Shown here: positions 30,901-39,794 of the stretch, piece after piece
Position numbering within the stretch: the first letter of the stretch is position 1
Layout of the letters: each line of letters begins with the position of its first letter
Virus record (IMG/VR): IMGVR_UViG_3300045988_128829
Location: 85,817-149,816 of that record
Strand: one strand, 5' to 3'
Source of the DNA: a virus
Length of the DNA stretch: 64,000 nucleotides
Translations under genes and position numbers: made by a program
Notes under the pieces: generated by a model
What the model was told of the DNA's origin: nothing
Seen by the model: the letters and a program-made list of their open reading frames with translations, nothing else
The model's database searches: none

Positions 30901-31358
30901 TCTATGCCGGCACGTTCCTTATCATGCAGGCCGTATCTATGCTTCTTGCCGGATGGCGTGATGATGATGAAAACGAAGAAAGTTGGCTTACTCAATTTGG
31001 ATCCTATGTCGGATTCAGAACCATAAACGAAATAGCTTCACAGATGCCGTTTATTATGGAGCTTAACGTGGTAGATATCATTAACGATCCGTTTGTTATG
31101 GGGCGAAAACTGAAGGATCTTACCGATCTTAGGAATTATTCACTTGATAAAGTAACATCCGGTACATACAAGGGAGAGTCTAAGTTATTTAGGCAACTCG
31201 CCAAACAGACGTTTATCAAACAATGGTATAATATCAAGACGCCGGAAGACGTAGCGCGCGCCTATAATTGGTGGCAGCAGACGAACAACAAGTCAATGAT
31301 GTTCTTCATCGGCGCTACTCCTGATTCGGAAGGGGACGATGATGTTAGCTACAAGTAG
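24936..31358 (+). CDS. giant virion protein, 2140 aa (second giant ORF)
   Basis: 6.4 kb ORF with its own promoter and terminator. No catalytic motif recognised by eye. Confidence 0.85.
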   Translation: MTSTCIIKRDNKNKVVSVSTRSGDRSMLFDKIASIPLMENRERATTVFKTVFSNKFLKAFGDWRRNVPINKQAYNKVKSNIGLIPETYRERVLDKASKMSNPILVSKSDAPYGIQESGFGFYSQDLGDNIMLVDAMVPSSISVPEEPGIDSGQYLQDAISSDFTPVSMVQDNDVNYMVIKDGLKIFSPEELPETDSNPVGVTYQTGEPRLFFMNDRNQLFEDYGEALRSGGNDIRIGFLSGIVQESTVDGVADITYKAGKYVLNNPKSFIPVMTASASTSLSTKGGIINYLIKKGLLSGSKIFDPETRSYYITGEGHTGQIRLFNSALSYTELRNHFGSDVSMNDQGMITINSLDNSKVTMRLATGGTERVSKEQIKSDLKSGRYNELDAKYDHFDALVVSFILEDNDLYADTKAKIVSDYSQEERNQRNSIVEILKTLGVSVVGMTDYIEKYQTKYGHEPSAKALADIANNVIAVGEDATLSDLVEETAHFLVEAYRDQNAVESVLQDVEGTEEWNQYAGQYYNTYGKVYEGSELDNAVRREILGKILAREMQTGTAQAPVEPTSFLGRVRQLFSGIVSWLKSALSTQRQDLNNVIKNIRDLAITDIDKGFDTSLLKDNDFTLYSLSSMKKNKFLESKIRSLRKTLRDLRQISSDRAVTTSMTLAQLKTIEDKINKVETEIDKNEMAAAMNSMISTAEAQVRYLSNVVNTILHGDTKDGKLHFNTNDRKNVDIINNQVLPIMNDLRGYIRNRSTEFDEREKQDYTNRINTVIADINGIQSDIKSVQDLDESTLLDKLMNELHVPADKVKRVKEFFDKVQHDVSWISRWFGILEHSSSPFNNALGAMIAKDNYNAMVNAQPAISDFLAYAKKHGFNKSEFEKLLQKVDGKTSNYLRSALDMAKYDRNKKLAQMRAFATAMNIEVSEEEIGDVVDNNRNYVFKREVVDKDGNTVTENAKFKPSSDRVNTDIFTIEQEKIYTEQMEKWDAENSELEFSESYATRMESIYKKAEEELGHPVSQTTKEYLNALSRQKRILRQPFIDSGGNFDEVAYFKSSNYEEEGLLRKQRKEAASEYIYVGTRRVEKTGDQLKMAKEIQAINEVWRKESNNATNAVSESFLQKLRTIQSESGGEAALKTLMLGGHLSFNDRFWNDVESEQSARTESNNKASYLKMAHDIISSTTSDRDATDVDSIVKDIEKNKAIIKEIIGNNRDVADIGEINEATFTSSERDAFRAASEAIEADYAILIDYAKMVGLEDIDKYLTKSSKAENEVNQSYLNALADSKEVEWKFVQRHTTAKKAKRIQALRDKLFKAADNRYLFTVSETNYLSEKLGISKELDGRDFRNAVNAKMASLFLNNTREEGIEEANAIVNEFARSQVFSYYKRMAPTGYAAMIDKIGRGEIDVAQMVKDVQNGTSTQDYGMDISYLSFDPARAWVAESEAENSGRNPDYVKDHGYGHRMPKKSLYRDESYFNDFGIKYDADGNEVATKNVEQWNMIQKLKEIKRQSLDLYKEQSPNLYAIPQISKQDIERMEGLGINFKNTVRNFVSDLCLDRVDDSLYGKTRQGEVYDPEDRLRSIPKYYIYELENQDDVSHDFGYSYSMLMMQSSLYNEKQKSIELAQGLEQMLLNKQFEGGKKAEATQAYQMFRDFFNDHYYGIRMNTKKLTVNIGGYTVDLTRIMMAVERFMSVMNLALSPFVAATGALTGHINLIMESAVGQYISKDSLKYASAEFSRLAPSCIAETGDIDRKSKLYVIGERMGIFNIRNRMYGAGYNRAARTLMRSPMYAFMEILNYPLNPQVMIATMDNVRYYKGRFYTFQDFKMEKERNKEQSTIKREWNALKDRTLWSMVDVVDGKVVVKPGSGVTVEEVETQMAITRNQVRSLSQICNGSLNEENRTAASRNWIARFMTAHRGWLVLSAQRLWKRRGFNFQTMQEEEGLSITLKNMIAKTFSLASESGMKNIIDAWNENKDNMNEVEKTNLKRLSVYAGTFLIMQAVSMLLAGWRDDDENEESWLTQFGSYVGFRTINEIASQMPFIMELNVVDIINDPFVMGRKLKDLTDLRNYSLDKVTSGTYKGESKLFRQLAKQTFIKQWYNIKTPEDVARAYNWWQQTNNKSMMFFIGATPDSEGDDDVSYK

Positions 31359-31494
31359 ACGAAGAATATCGGACTTGCATTGTTTTTGTATGATTCCAAT
31401 ATGTTATATTAGCATCGTCAAAGAGTAGATTGTACGTTTTTTGTTCTTACTTGAAAGATTATGTAGGTTTAATTTTTTCTGAAATTGTTTTCTT

Positions 31495-31537
31495 ACCGGT
31501 TCTCAGTCAGAGATGATAGGGAACCGGTTTCTTTTAT
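31495..31537 (+). terminator. rho-independent terminator
   Basis: ACCGGTTC/GAACCGGT stem with an 18-nt loop, followed by TTCTTTTAT. Confidence 0.55.
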
Positions 31538-31576
31538 GTTGTCAATTATTGCTATCTTGCAAACAAAAATCATGAG

Positions 31577-32083
31577 ATGAAGATTTCAAATAGGGATGGG
31601 GTAAATCCCTCGCTTATAATCAATAAAGGCATATACATCCAACATGTAGATGGAGGATTATATACAAAAGAAAATTGGTCTAATAAAGGATATTCCAATG
31701 ATCTATGCAATGGAATAGCTCTTGTAGATAAAGTGTGTTTTGTTATAGCCACCGAATATATTGGCACATTTCGTTGGGGTAAGGATGGAGAAATAGACAA
31801 TATATTTGCACAAGATAGTTCTCATATGGGAACTATTAAAAAGGATTATTGGGGGCGTGAAAATCAGAATGCGTATCTTGAATATATTTCTATTCCTTCT
31901 ACGGTAGACAACCCTTTTCTTTTTCCAGAAAAGGACATATCCGTACATGGGCTGCCGGCTAAAATAAGATCTATGTGTCCAAGATCTTCTACATTCAAAT
32001 CCCTTACATCTCCTACTTGTATAGTATTAGGGAAATTTAATTGCGTTTGTTTAATAGCAAACTTATCTATTTCTGATGCATAA
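31577..32083 (+). CDS. hypothetical protein (168 aa)
   Basis: Last ORF of the + block before the convergent junction. Confidence 0.5.
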   Translation: MKISNRDGVNPSLIINKGIYIQHVDGGLYTKENWSNKGYSNDLCNGIALVDKVCFVIATEYIGTFRWGKDGEIDNIFAQDSSHMGTIKKDYWGRENQNAYLEYISIPSTVDNPFLFPEKDISVHGLPAKIRSMCPRSSTFKSLTSPTCIVLGKFNCVCLIANLSISDA

Positions 32084-32168
32084 TATACTTCAGGTGTGAT
32101 CTCTATTTTTTTTTAACGCTATTTGACCACATGACATTCCGTCAAATAAACTTAACACTCTCATGGCA

Positions 32169-32477
32169 TTATACACATTTTTCAATTTTAATTAATTTTG
32201 ATGATAGATACATATTCCATTTTCCTCTGCCTCTGTCACCTTTTTCGTTTTGTTTTTGGATTGTCAAGTATAGATCTCCGTCTTCACATACTTCAACTTT
32301 TTTCAAGAAGCCTATCATTTCATCTCCTGTTTCGTGTAAAATACGGATCTTATCTCCTTCTTTTAACCCATAATTGGAATCAAAATATTCTTTTTTGATT
32401 CTATCAATATTGTCTTTATGATTTTTTATAGCATAAAGCTCGTTTCTTAATAAATAATTTAGTTGTTCTATTGTCAT
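32169..32477 (-). CDS. hypothetical protein (102 aa)
   Basis: First ORF of the - strand block. Confidence 0.5.
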   Translation of the reverse strand: MTIEQLNYLLRNELYAIKNHKDNIDRIKKEYFDSNYGLKEGDKIRILHETGDEMIGFLKKVEVCEDGDLYLTIQKQNEKGDRGRGKWNMYLSSKLIKIEKCV

Positions 32478-33217
32478 TTCTTTTCCTCCTTATTTAATGG
32501 TATTAACCCTTTTCCGTGCTTGTCATACCACAGCATAGCTATACAATTCCATGCACATTGTGCAAGATGAAAACATCCTGTATCGGAATCCACTCTTTCC
32601 CCTTTCATGTATTCCATTAGGTGTCGAAACATCGCAGCACGGTACCGTTCAATGCCATTGTCAAGATTCTGCCAAGTATTAGGACCGTACTTTTTGGCTC
32701 CGGCATGATAGACTTTTACAATGTCCTCAATTTCTTCCATCGGAAGCAAATCCCATCGTAGTTTATCGTCAATGATGTCATTCTTCACCGATTCCCCTTC
32801 TTTTTTATTATTGTCTTTTTTTGAACTAACAGGTTCTAACAAATCCAAGGGTATGCTAAACTGTTTCCCTTTGTAGTATATGACAGCCATAACATCTACA
32901 TTGTAGACCTCTTTTGCCAATTCGACCATAGCTCCCCCAGGAACAATATCATCTTTAAAAGAATAATCTTTTTTAGCAAAAAGAAATTCTCCTTCTTTGA
33001 AAAGGACATCATCATTCTTTAGTATATAATCAACTGGTATATCAATCTCCATACGACCTTCATACGACAGCGTGGCTTCCTTATCTCCTTTTTTGATATC
33101 TTTTTCACACACAACCTTAAGCCCTTTTTTGGCTACTAACGTTTTATAAGCATAAACATCTTTGTTAATAACCACATTTGTCCCCTTTAGGATAATAATA
33201 TTGTCCATTTTTTTCAT
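32474..33217 (-). CDS. putative nucleotide pyrophosphohydrolase-like protein (MazG / dATP-dGTP diphosphohydrolase-like C-terminal region)
   Basis: C-terminal motif W.LLP.EE...V...GA.KYG.N.W...R....FRH resembles the phage dNTP pyrophosphohydrolase family. Tentative. Confidence 0.4.
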   Translation of the reverse strand: MKKMDNIIILKGTNVVINKDVYAYKTLVAKKGLKVVCEKDIKKGDKEATLSYEGRMEIDIPVDYILKNDDVLFKEGEFLFAKKDYSFKDDIVPGGAMVELAKEVYNVDVMAVIYYKGKQFSIPLDLLEPVSSKKDNNKKEGESVKNDIIDDKLRWDLLPMEEIEDIVKVYHAGAKKYGPNTWQNLDNGIERYRAAMFRHLMEYMKGERVDSDTGCFHLAQCAWNCIAMLWYDKHGKGLIPLNKEEKK

Positions 33218-33232
33218 TGTTTTATCGTTGTT

Positions 33233-33592
33233 TTAATTAATATAGTCCATCACTCTTTTTTTTACAAAACGATCAAATTCTTCTCCGCTCATAACAATGC
33301 GGTTAATGATAATTATGCCACTATCGCTATAATCATCATCTTTAATTCCCATATCATCAAGCTCCTTCTTTAAGTCTTCAAATGTAGGGCCTGTCTCGCT
33401 TTTAAAAAATAAAGTAGCATGTGCAAGACTTCCGTTGTTTAGTTTTACTCTCACGGTATAGAGATATCCTTTTTCATCTTCATCCTTTTTATTGATACCA
33501 TCAAGGATGCTATTTATCATATCCTTGTCCTCACGTGATAGGTTGGATATGGCTATTCTTCCCTTTAATCTAAATATTTCATTTTCGTTCAT
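33233..33592 (-). CDS. hypothetical protein (119 aa)
   Basis: ORF in an operon-like array. Confidence 0.5.
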   Translation of the reverse strand: MNENEIFRLKGRIAISNLSREDKDMINSILDGINKKDEDEKGYLYTVRVKLNNGSLAHATLFFKSETGPTFEDLKKELDDMGIKDDDYSDSGIIIINRIVMSGEEFDRFVKKRVMDYIN

Positions 33593-33876
33593 GACTTTCT
33601 GTTTTTATTGTTTTCAAAATATTGTCTTACGGCTTCTATGGCTTTATCATCATCAAAAGCTTCTTCAAACTCCGTGTAGAACCTATCTCGCTCCATGCAG
33701 AATGTGTTTTTTCCTTCCGGTATAGGACGGAACACAACCATCCTCTCTTTGTCGTGATTGGTTCCTATTATGTTATTGTCTAAGATAATAGAATACCTTC
33801 TTGAACTTTTGTTGATAACAACATCATGTTGAAGACCATACAATTTAAGTATTTCCCTTAATTCATTTGTTTTCAT
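33589..33876 (-). CDS. hypothetical protein (95 aa)
   Basis: ORF with a 4-nt overlap to its neighbour. Confidence 0.5.
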   Translation of the reverse strand: MKTNELREILKLYGLQHDVVINKSSRRYSIILDNNIIGTNHDKERMVVFRPIPEGKNTFCMERDRFYTEFEEAFDDDKAIEAVRQYFENNKNRKS

Positions 33877-34233
33877 TTATATTACTCCTTCCAAATTTAC
33901 TTTAATAGAACCATTTATGGTTTTAATGCTCCCATCTATGGTTGAAATCACATCATCTATATCATTTATAATACTTTCCATGTCATCAACCATCTCCTCC
34001 ATATCAGTTACAGCCTGATCTGATTCCCAATATCTTTCTGAGTCTTGTAACGATTCCGGTATATTATCTCTCGCCTCAGTCTCTTCGTCTAAAATCATAT
34101 CAACATCATCTTTGGCTGAATTTATGTTGCACTTCAACTCCGATAACTTTGATTTGATGTATTCAAAATCTGTTTTATACTTATTTACGTTGTTAATAAC
34201 ATCCGATATTTTTTTTCTTCTCTTGTTGTTCAT
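33877..34233 (-). CDS. acidic coiled-coil protein (118 aa)
   Basis: ORF. Confidence 0.5.
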   Translation of the reverse strand: MNNKRRKKISDVINNVNKYKTDFEYIKSKLSELKCNINSAKDDVDMILDEETEARDNIPESLQDSERYWESDQAVTDMEEMVDDMESIINDIDDVISTIDGSIKTINGSIKVNLEGVI

Positions 34234-35651
34234 GCTTTTATCCTATTATAATATTCTATAACCTTTTCTTTTCTATCTCCTGGTTTTACTGCCATATTCT
34301 CAGCCAAGAACCTAAAATACGACACCGGTATGTCCTTGAATCTAATTCCTTCATATTTTCCAAACCACATTATTATACTGTCAAGATCGTCTTCTCTCCT
34401 ACCATCTCCATTCACAGATTTAAGCGAGGCTGCCCGACGAAGGATCTCGTCTTTGGTAATAATATCACCCATCCTTATATTAGACAGAAGTTGATCGCCG
34501 GCAAACATACACCAGCCCTTAGAAGGGAATTGCTCAATTGTCAGGTCTTCTATCCGACCGAAACGCCTCATGTTGTCGCAGCAATCAACTATCAGCGCCT
34601 CTTTCTTGTCAGGATGGATGCGGACGGCGCGGCCTAATATTTGGTAATAAGTTGAATATGAGAAAGTTGGTCGCCCAAACATCACACAATCAAGTTCAGG
34701 AAAATCAAATCCGGTAGCAAGCGTTGAATAATTAAAAACCACTTTCAACTTACCTTCTTTGAAATCTGATATAATTTGCTCTCTTTTCTTTTTGGTTGTT
34801 AGCGATGTTACGACACCGGTTATGGCTCCCATCCTGGCATTCATGAACTCTGATATTCTATTACATGATTCGATAGAATCCATGCAAACCAAAATGGCTT
34901 TACGCTCGTTCATAAGTTGAAGAAGGCGCTTGTAGATAGAGTTGTTTAAGCCGTTTCGTACAATACTTTCTTTAATAGATTCGTTGGTGTATTCGGCTCC
35001 GGTACTGTTTAACATCAGAGCCGATTCATCAAACGACCATCGTTCGTACTTAAGTGGACACCAAAACCCTTGAGAAGTTAGTTCTTGTATTTGAGTCACA
35101 TGAACTATTTTCTTGAAGAAGTTATGCTCGTCTTTCGTCAGCATATTGAGCTTGCTATAGTTTCCTTCCAGCATGGAACTGTAGGTTCGGAGGCGGCAGG
35201 GAGTGGCGGTGAAGCCCAGCACCTTCGCCTCTGGAAACCCGTTCATAAACTCCATAAATTCAGAACCTTCTTCAGGAGAATATCCTGAATGACATTCGTC
35301 TATCAATAAGGTATCTATCCCTATATCCTTCAACCTCGCTACATCTTTCTTTATGCTCTTTAATGTTGCATAAGTCATAGCCGACAGCTCCTTTATACCA
35401 CATGAAGCAGAATATATAGTAGGTTTAGAACCGAATGATACGACCTTTGCATAATTCTGCTCCAGAATCTCTTTTGAGGGCTGTAATACTAATGTCGGTC
35501 TATTTATTTCATGTGCTATCTTGGATATCAGAAGGCTCTTTCCACATCCGCATGGGGCTACGATTATGCCAGGCTTCTTAGATCTTCCTGTAAGAAACTT
35601 AAGCCCGGCATCTACTGCTTCTTTTTGGTAAGGTCTAAGTTCAAAGCCCAT
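34230..35651 (-). CDS. superfamily 2 DNA helicase (ResIII / DEAD-DEAH-like)
   Basis: LRPYQ motif, Walker A APCGCGKS, DECH box, TATP and QILGRAVR motif VI. Confidence 0.85.
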   Translation of the reverse strand: MGFELRPYQKEAVDAGLKFLTGRSKKPGIIVAPCGCGKSLLISKIAHEINRPTLVLQPSKEILEQNYAKVVSFGSKPTIYSASCGIKELSAMTYATLKSIKKDVARLKDIGIDTLLIDECHSGYSPEEGSEFMEFMNGFPEAKVLGFTATPCRLRTYSSMLEGNYSKLNMLTKDEHNFFKKIVHVTQIQELTSQGFWCPLKYERWSFDESALMLNSTGAEYTNESIKESIVRNGLNNSIYKRLLQLMNERKAILVCMDSIESCNRISEFMNARMGAITGVVTSLTTKKKREQIISDFKEGKLKVVFNYSTLATGFDFPELDCVMFGRPTFSYSTYYQILGRAVRIHPDKKEALIVDCCDNMRRFGRIEDLTIEQFPSKGWCMFAGDQLLSNIRMGDIITKDEILRRAASLKSVNGDGRREDDLDSIIMWFGKYEGIRFKDIPVSYFRFLAENMAVKPGDRKEKVIEYYNRIKA

Positions 35652-36027
35652 CGCAATCTATTATATTATTTTTTGAAAGTTCTATTATCGCCTCTTTCAA
35701 CATCTCCCTTGCTTTATTCTCATTATCTTCAAACAGGCATACACCGCATGTAGCACCTTTGGAGGGGTAGTCTCTGTGGGCTTCTGCTCTTTCTACAACG
35801 TACTCACAACAATAGTCGTGACTCATGTCTTTTGCTATACTTATAAAATGATCTTCTCCATCCATCAACACGCAATATTCAGCATCGTTTTCGCATGCAA
35901 TAACACCTTTGTTTTTTAAAATGGATAGCACTTTATTTCCAAAAAGTCCAATATAGACCCATATATCTTTCCCTGCATTTTTGTAAAAAATATCCATTCC
36001 TTCTTTGATTGTGACTTTCTTTTCCAT
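35641..36027 (-). CDS. hypothetical protein (128 aa)
   Basis: ORF. Confidence 0.5.
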   Translation of the reverse strand: MEKKVTIKEGMDIFYKNAGKDIWVYIGLFGNKVLSILKNKGVIACENDAEYCVLMDGEDHFISIAKDMSHDYCCEYVVERAEAHRDYPSKGATCGVCLFEDNENKAREMLKEAIIELSKNNIIDCDGL

Positions 36028-36033
36028 AATCCC

Positions 36034-36384
36034 TTATTTTATATCAGTAATTAAAACATATATTTTAGCAATATCTTCAAAACTCACAGAAGAACGTATA
36101 TATAGTTTTTCTTCGTACTCATATAGAGCGTACCCTTCTTTTATGTCTAATATCTTAATCACATGCTTGCCTCTTTCAAATGGATCCTCAAAGTAGCTCT
36201 TATGTTCGTATCTTTGACCTACTTTGATTTTGTCAGTTTTCTTCTTCATCTTATAACGCTCTACTGCTCTACCTGTTTTTATGAAAGCTGTCGTGAGTAA
36301 GTATAATAAAACTAAATACAAAAGGATCGCTACTCCACATATTAGATCTTCTTTTATTACACTCCTTTTAAATAGTTGAACCAT
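36034..36384 (-). CDS. membrane-anchored hypothetical protein (116 aa)
   Basis: ORF with an N-terminal TM helix. Confidence 0.45.
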   Translation of the reverse strand: MVQLFKRSVIKEDLICGVAILLYLVLLYLLTTAFIKTGRAVERYKMKKKTDKIKVGQRYEHKSYFEDPFERGKHVIKILDIKEGYALYEYEEKLYIRSSVSFEDIAKIYVLITDIK

Positions 36385-36523
36385 ATATCCTCCAGCTTCT
36401 CCTGAAGCTCAAACGCTTTCTTGAAATTCCCGCATCTTACAGCAACGTCTCTCATGTATTCTACGTTTATAACTTCCGGATCTTGCCGGTATTTCGTTCT
36501 TAACTTTTGAACATCCTCGTATT

Positions 36524-37543
36524 TCATCGTTTTATCTTTTTAGACGGATCCCAATCTGAAGAGAAAGGGCATTCGTTTTTGTTATGTAATCCAAAGTCAC
36601 AATAATAACACAGCGCCGACGGGCAGGGTAGCTTGTTTTGCGAAACAGGCTGGCTTAGGGTGGCGCGCCGCTTGCTATACCTGGCTTCTTCTGCTCCCTG
36701 GATGTACGCTTGAAATGTTTTTACACTATTATCTTCAAAATCATACATTTTAGACAAAGTGTCATTTAGCATTTCTATAGATTTTGTTTTACGCTCTTCA
36801 TCTATCTTAACCTTTTGGTACTGCCTGGTTCTGGTAAAGAAATAGATGTTCATATCTGGCAGAACTCCACCATATTTTCTATAGATGTAAAATGAATATA
36901 TAGGATGCTGTAAATTCGTTTCCAACTTCTTAGAATCAAAAATCTTATTCCCTGATTTCCAATCTATGACATAATGGTGAACTACGTTCTTGCTCTTTAT
37001 AGCCAGATGAAGGTCTACCGATCCTACTATGTACACATGAGTATGAATTACTCCATTTATATCAACAGGCTTAGGAAGACGGTACGGCAGCACAAAATCT
37101 TCTTCGACTCCAACTATAGCGCCGTGTCTGATAAGTTTCTCACAGGGATTAAGATCACTATCAGCTATCATAAACCTATTCCCGTCTTTTTTAAACAGAT
37201 CCACAATCCAAGCAAGAAGCTCCCCAGATTGTTTCATGGCTATCATCATATTTTCCGGTGATAGCCAAGGTATGTCTTCTTGGTAAGCATAGTAACTTAT
37301 TGCTTCTCCAAGGTCTTTGCCAGAAGGCTGCCTTCCGTTCTTGAAGAAGTATTCCAGTGTCTTATGAATAACCGTACCATAAGACGTAGCTTCTTGTTTT
37401 TCCGTAGACCTTTTGCCCTCTATGTAAGTCTTATACCATTTCATTGGACAGGTAAGAAACGTATCTATCTGGGAATAAGATATGGCAAGACGTTTCACAC
37501 CATTAAACTCCTTATATAGCAAATGCGTTTCCGGGACCATCAT
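36524..37543 (-). CDS. PD-(D/E)XK nuclease, Cas4/RecB-like, with C-terminal Cys cluster
   Basis: VDLH...VIDWKSG motif (the D..ExK-type core) plus C-terminal CPSALCYYCDF...C, typical of Fe-S Cas4-like exonucleases. Confidence 0.7.
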   Translation of the reverse strand: MMVPETHLLYKEFNGVKRLAISYSQIDTFLTCPMKWYKTYIEGKRSTEKQEATSYGTVIHKTLEYFFKNGRQPSGKDLGEAISYYAYQEDIPWLSPENMMIAMKQSGELLAWIVDLFKKDGNRFMIADSDLNPCEKLIRHGAIVGVEEDFVLPYRLPKPVDINGVIHTHVYIVGSVDLHLAIKSKNVVHHYVIDWKSGNKIFDSKKLETNLQHPIYSFYIYRKYGGVLPDMNIYFFTRTRQYQKVKIDEERKTKSIEMLNDTLSKMYDFEDNSVKTFQAYIQGAEEARYSKRRATLSQPVSQNKLPCPSALCYYCDFGLHNKNECPFSSDWDPSKKIKR

Positions 37544-37899
37544 AAGTCATTGTCTTTAAATCCTTCCGGGTAATATACGACATACTTCTTACCGTCTTCT
37601 GGTGTCATGGCAAACTGCATGTAGTTATTACGATTACGATGCTTGCCATCTAATCCTCGCTTCCAATACAGGATGCCGTCTATATCCACATAAGACCGTC
37701 CGCGTTCGGCTCTAACTACGTCCGTGTGTAGCAGATACCCGTCGGAAGACACAATCCATACTTTATCCCCTTTGTTTAAATAAGATATTCTTTTTCTTAC
37801 AACAACCTTTTTCTTATTATCCAATACAAATTCCTCATCAGTCATACTCTTCATCCTCCTCTTCTTCTGTTTCAAAATCAATTCCATAACACTGATCAT
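37540..37899 (-). CDS. hypothetical protein (119 aa)
   Basis: ORF. Confidence 0.5.
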   Translation of the reverse strand: MISVMELILKQKKRRMKSMTDEEFVLDNKKKVVVRKRISYLNKGDKVWIVSSDGYLLHTDVVRAERGRSYVDIDGILYWKRGLDGKHRNRNNYMQFAMTPEDGKKYVVYYPEGFKDNDL

Positions 37900-38062
37900 A
37901 ATGCTTGGTCAGTTCTTCTGGTTCTAAATCTTGTCCAAAATCCATGTTAAAAATATCGTAATTAGTAAAGCACTAAAAATCACTATTCCTGCTGGCATGA
38001 AATCTATAAATGCTGCTTTTGCTTCTTCAATTAGGCCCAAGTGTAACCTTGGGCCATTGTAT

Positions 38063-39763
38063 TTATTTTTTGTCATCTCCTTTTAATTTCTTTAAAGTAT
38101 CTGCAATCGGAAGCTGATCGATGACTCCCAATGCCGGAGCGACGGTCTTGACAACATTGTTAAGGAAATTACCGGTACTGTTCTGACCGCCGTCAAATAC
38201 CGTGATATTTCCGAGGTTAATGTGCTCAAATGCTTTAACCTGTTCTCCAGCAATTTCTTTCCACTGATTAACCATCTTGTACTGGATGGCGATCTGGGGA
38301 TTGGATTCTGCTGCTTCCACCATAGCCTTAAATCCGTCGGCTTCTGCCATTAACGACTTTTTCTTACCTTCGGCTTCTGCCTCCAGCTTCATCTGAATAG
38401 CTTTTGCCTCTGCCTCAGCTTTTGCCAAATGTGCTGCTGCCTCAGCCTCAGCCCGGCGTTTGATCTTCTCGGCCTCGGCATCAGCTTGTAAGATAGCCTC
38501 TTCCTTCTGGGTTTCAGCCGGCACAATCTTTTCAGCCTTAAGCGCAGCCTGAACTTTCTTAGCCTTAGCTTCTTCCACTTCTTTATCAGCAAGCTCTTTT
38601 GCCGTTTTTACAGCCGCTTCCGATTTAACTTTTTCTTCTCCGGCCTTCTTTTCTGATTGAGCTTTGATAATCTGTAGTTCTGATACTGACACAGCAACCT
38701 CCTTCTGGGCATTGTTGTATCCTATAGACGCATTTTTCTCAGCCTCAGCCTTCTTAATCTGAGCTTCAGAGTCTTGTATTGCTATAGCTGCTTCCTTGTC
38801 AGCTTCAGCCTTATTCTTTCCGACTTCTTCCATCCTTTCAGCCTCGGCTTTATTTACTTCAAGTTCTGCCTTAGATCTTACAATCGCCGATTCCTTGTCG
38901 GTTAAAGTTTTTGCGATAACCGCAGCCCTGTCTCTATCTGCTTGAGCTACGCCGATCTGTTTCTCTTTATCGGTTAAAGCCAAGGCTATTTCTTTTTCTT
39001 TCTTCGTTTCAGCTACTATCGTTTCCTTTTCTTTTTCAGTACAAGCAATTTGAATCTCTTGTTCTTTTTTGGTATTAGCCACAGCCGTTTCTTTCTCCTT
39101 CTGCTGTACAGCAATCTTAATAGCACCCAGCTTCTCCTGCTCTTCGATATTAGCTTGTGCTTCGTTCAGAGCCCTACTTTCAGCCTCCTTACCAAGGTTC
39201 ATAATATAACCTGCTTCGTCTCTGATGTCACTGATGTTGATGTTCAGGAGGTAAAGACCTAACTTGTTAAGCTCGTTATCAATGTTCTTTCTTGCCTTAT
39301 CCAAAAACTCATCCCTGTCAGAATTAAGTTTTTCGATTGTCATTTCAGCAATAATCAAACGCATCTGACCGTAAACGATGTCCGTAATAAGATTTTCAGT
39401 AGATTCGGTATCCATCCCCAAAAGTCTTTCTGCCGCATTTTGCATGATTTCGGGATTTGTACTGATAGCTACTGTAATGGTCGTAGGTACATCTACTCTA
39501 ATATTCTGAGATGACAAAGCACCGGTAAGCTTGCAATCTATTTGCATAGGCTCCATTGACAAAACATCATAGCTTTGAATAATAGGCAAGACGAATGCCG
39601 CTCCACCATGATATAATTTCGCCGACTTCTTTTCCCCACCTGTCTTACCGTAAACGACCAAGACCTGATTAGGCTTACATCTACGATACCTTGATAAGAC
39701 TCCGATGATTGTCAAAATAATCACTACAGCTAAGATAGCTGACACGTACATGATTGTTGTCAT
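38063..39763 (-). CDS. SPFH/band-7 flotillin-like membrane protein (566 aa)
   Basis: N-terminal TM helix, SPFH-like domain, very long E/A/K-rich coiled coil (EAEA repeats), flotillin/YqiK-like architecture. Confidence 0.85.
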   Translation of the reverse strand: MTTIMYVSAILAVVIILTIIGVLSRYRRCKPNQVLVVYGKTGGEKKSAKLYHGGAAFVLPIIQSYDVLSMEPMQIDCKLTGALSSQNIRVDVPTTITVAISTNPEIMQNAAERLLGMDTESTENLITDIVYGQMRLIIAEMTIEKLNSDRDEFLDKARKNIDNELNKLGLYLLNINISDIRDEAGYIMNLGKEAESRALNEAQANIEEQEKLGAIKIAVQQKEKETAVANTKKEQEIQIACTEKEKETIVAETKKEKEIALALTDKEKQIGVAQADRDRAAVIAKTLTDKESAIVRSKAELEVNKAEAERMEEVGKNKAEADKEAAIAIQDSEAQIKKAEAEKNASIGYNNAQKEVAVSVSELQIIKAQSEKKAGEEKVKSEAAVKTAKELADKEVEEAKAKKVQAALKAEKIVPAETQKEEAILQADAEAEKIKRRAEAEAAAHLAKAEAEAKAIQMKLEAEAEGKKKSLMAEADGFKAMVEAAESNPQIAIQYKMVNQWKEIAGEQVKAFEHINLGNITVFDGGQNSTGNFLNNVVKTVAPALGVIDQLPIADTLKKLKGDDKK

Positions 39764-39794
39764 AACTTTTAAAATTTAATTGTTGATAAAAAAA

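Noticed and set aside
9378-31358. Assignment of either giant ORF as the virion RNA polymerase
   Set aside because: I could not find a DxDGD-type or double-psi beta-barrel catalytic motif by eye. It remains a hypothesis to test, not a call.
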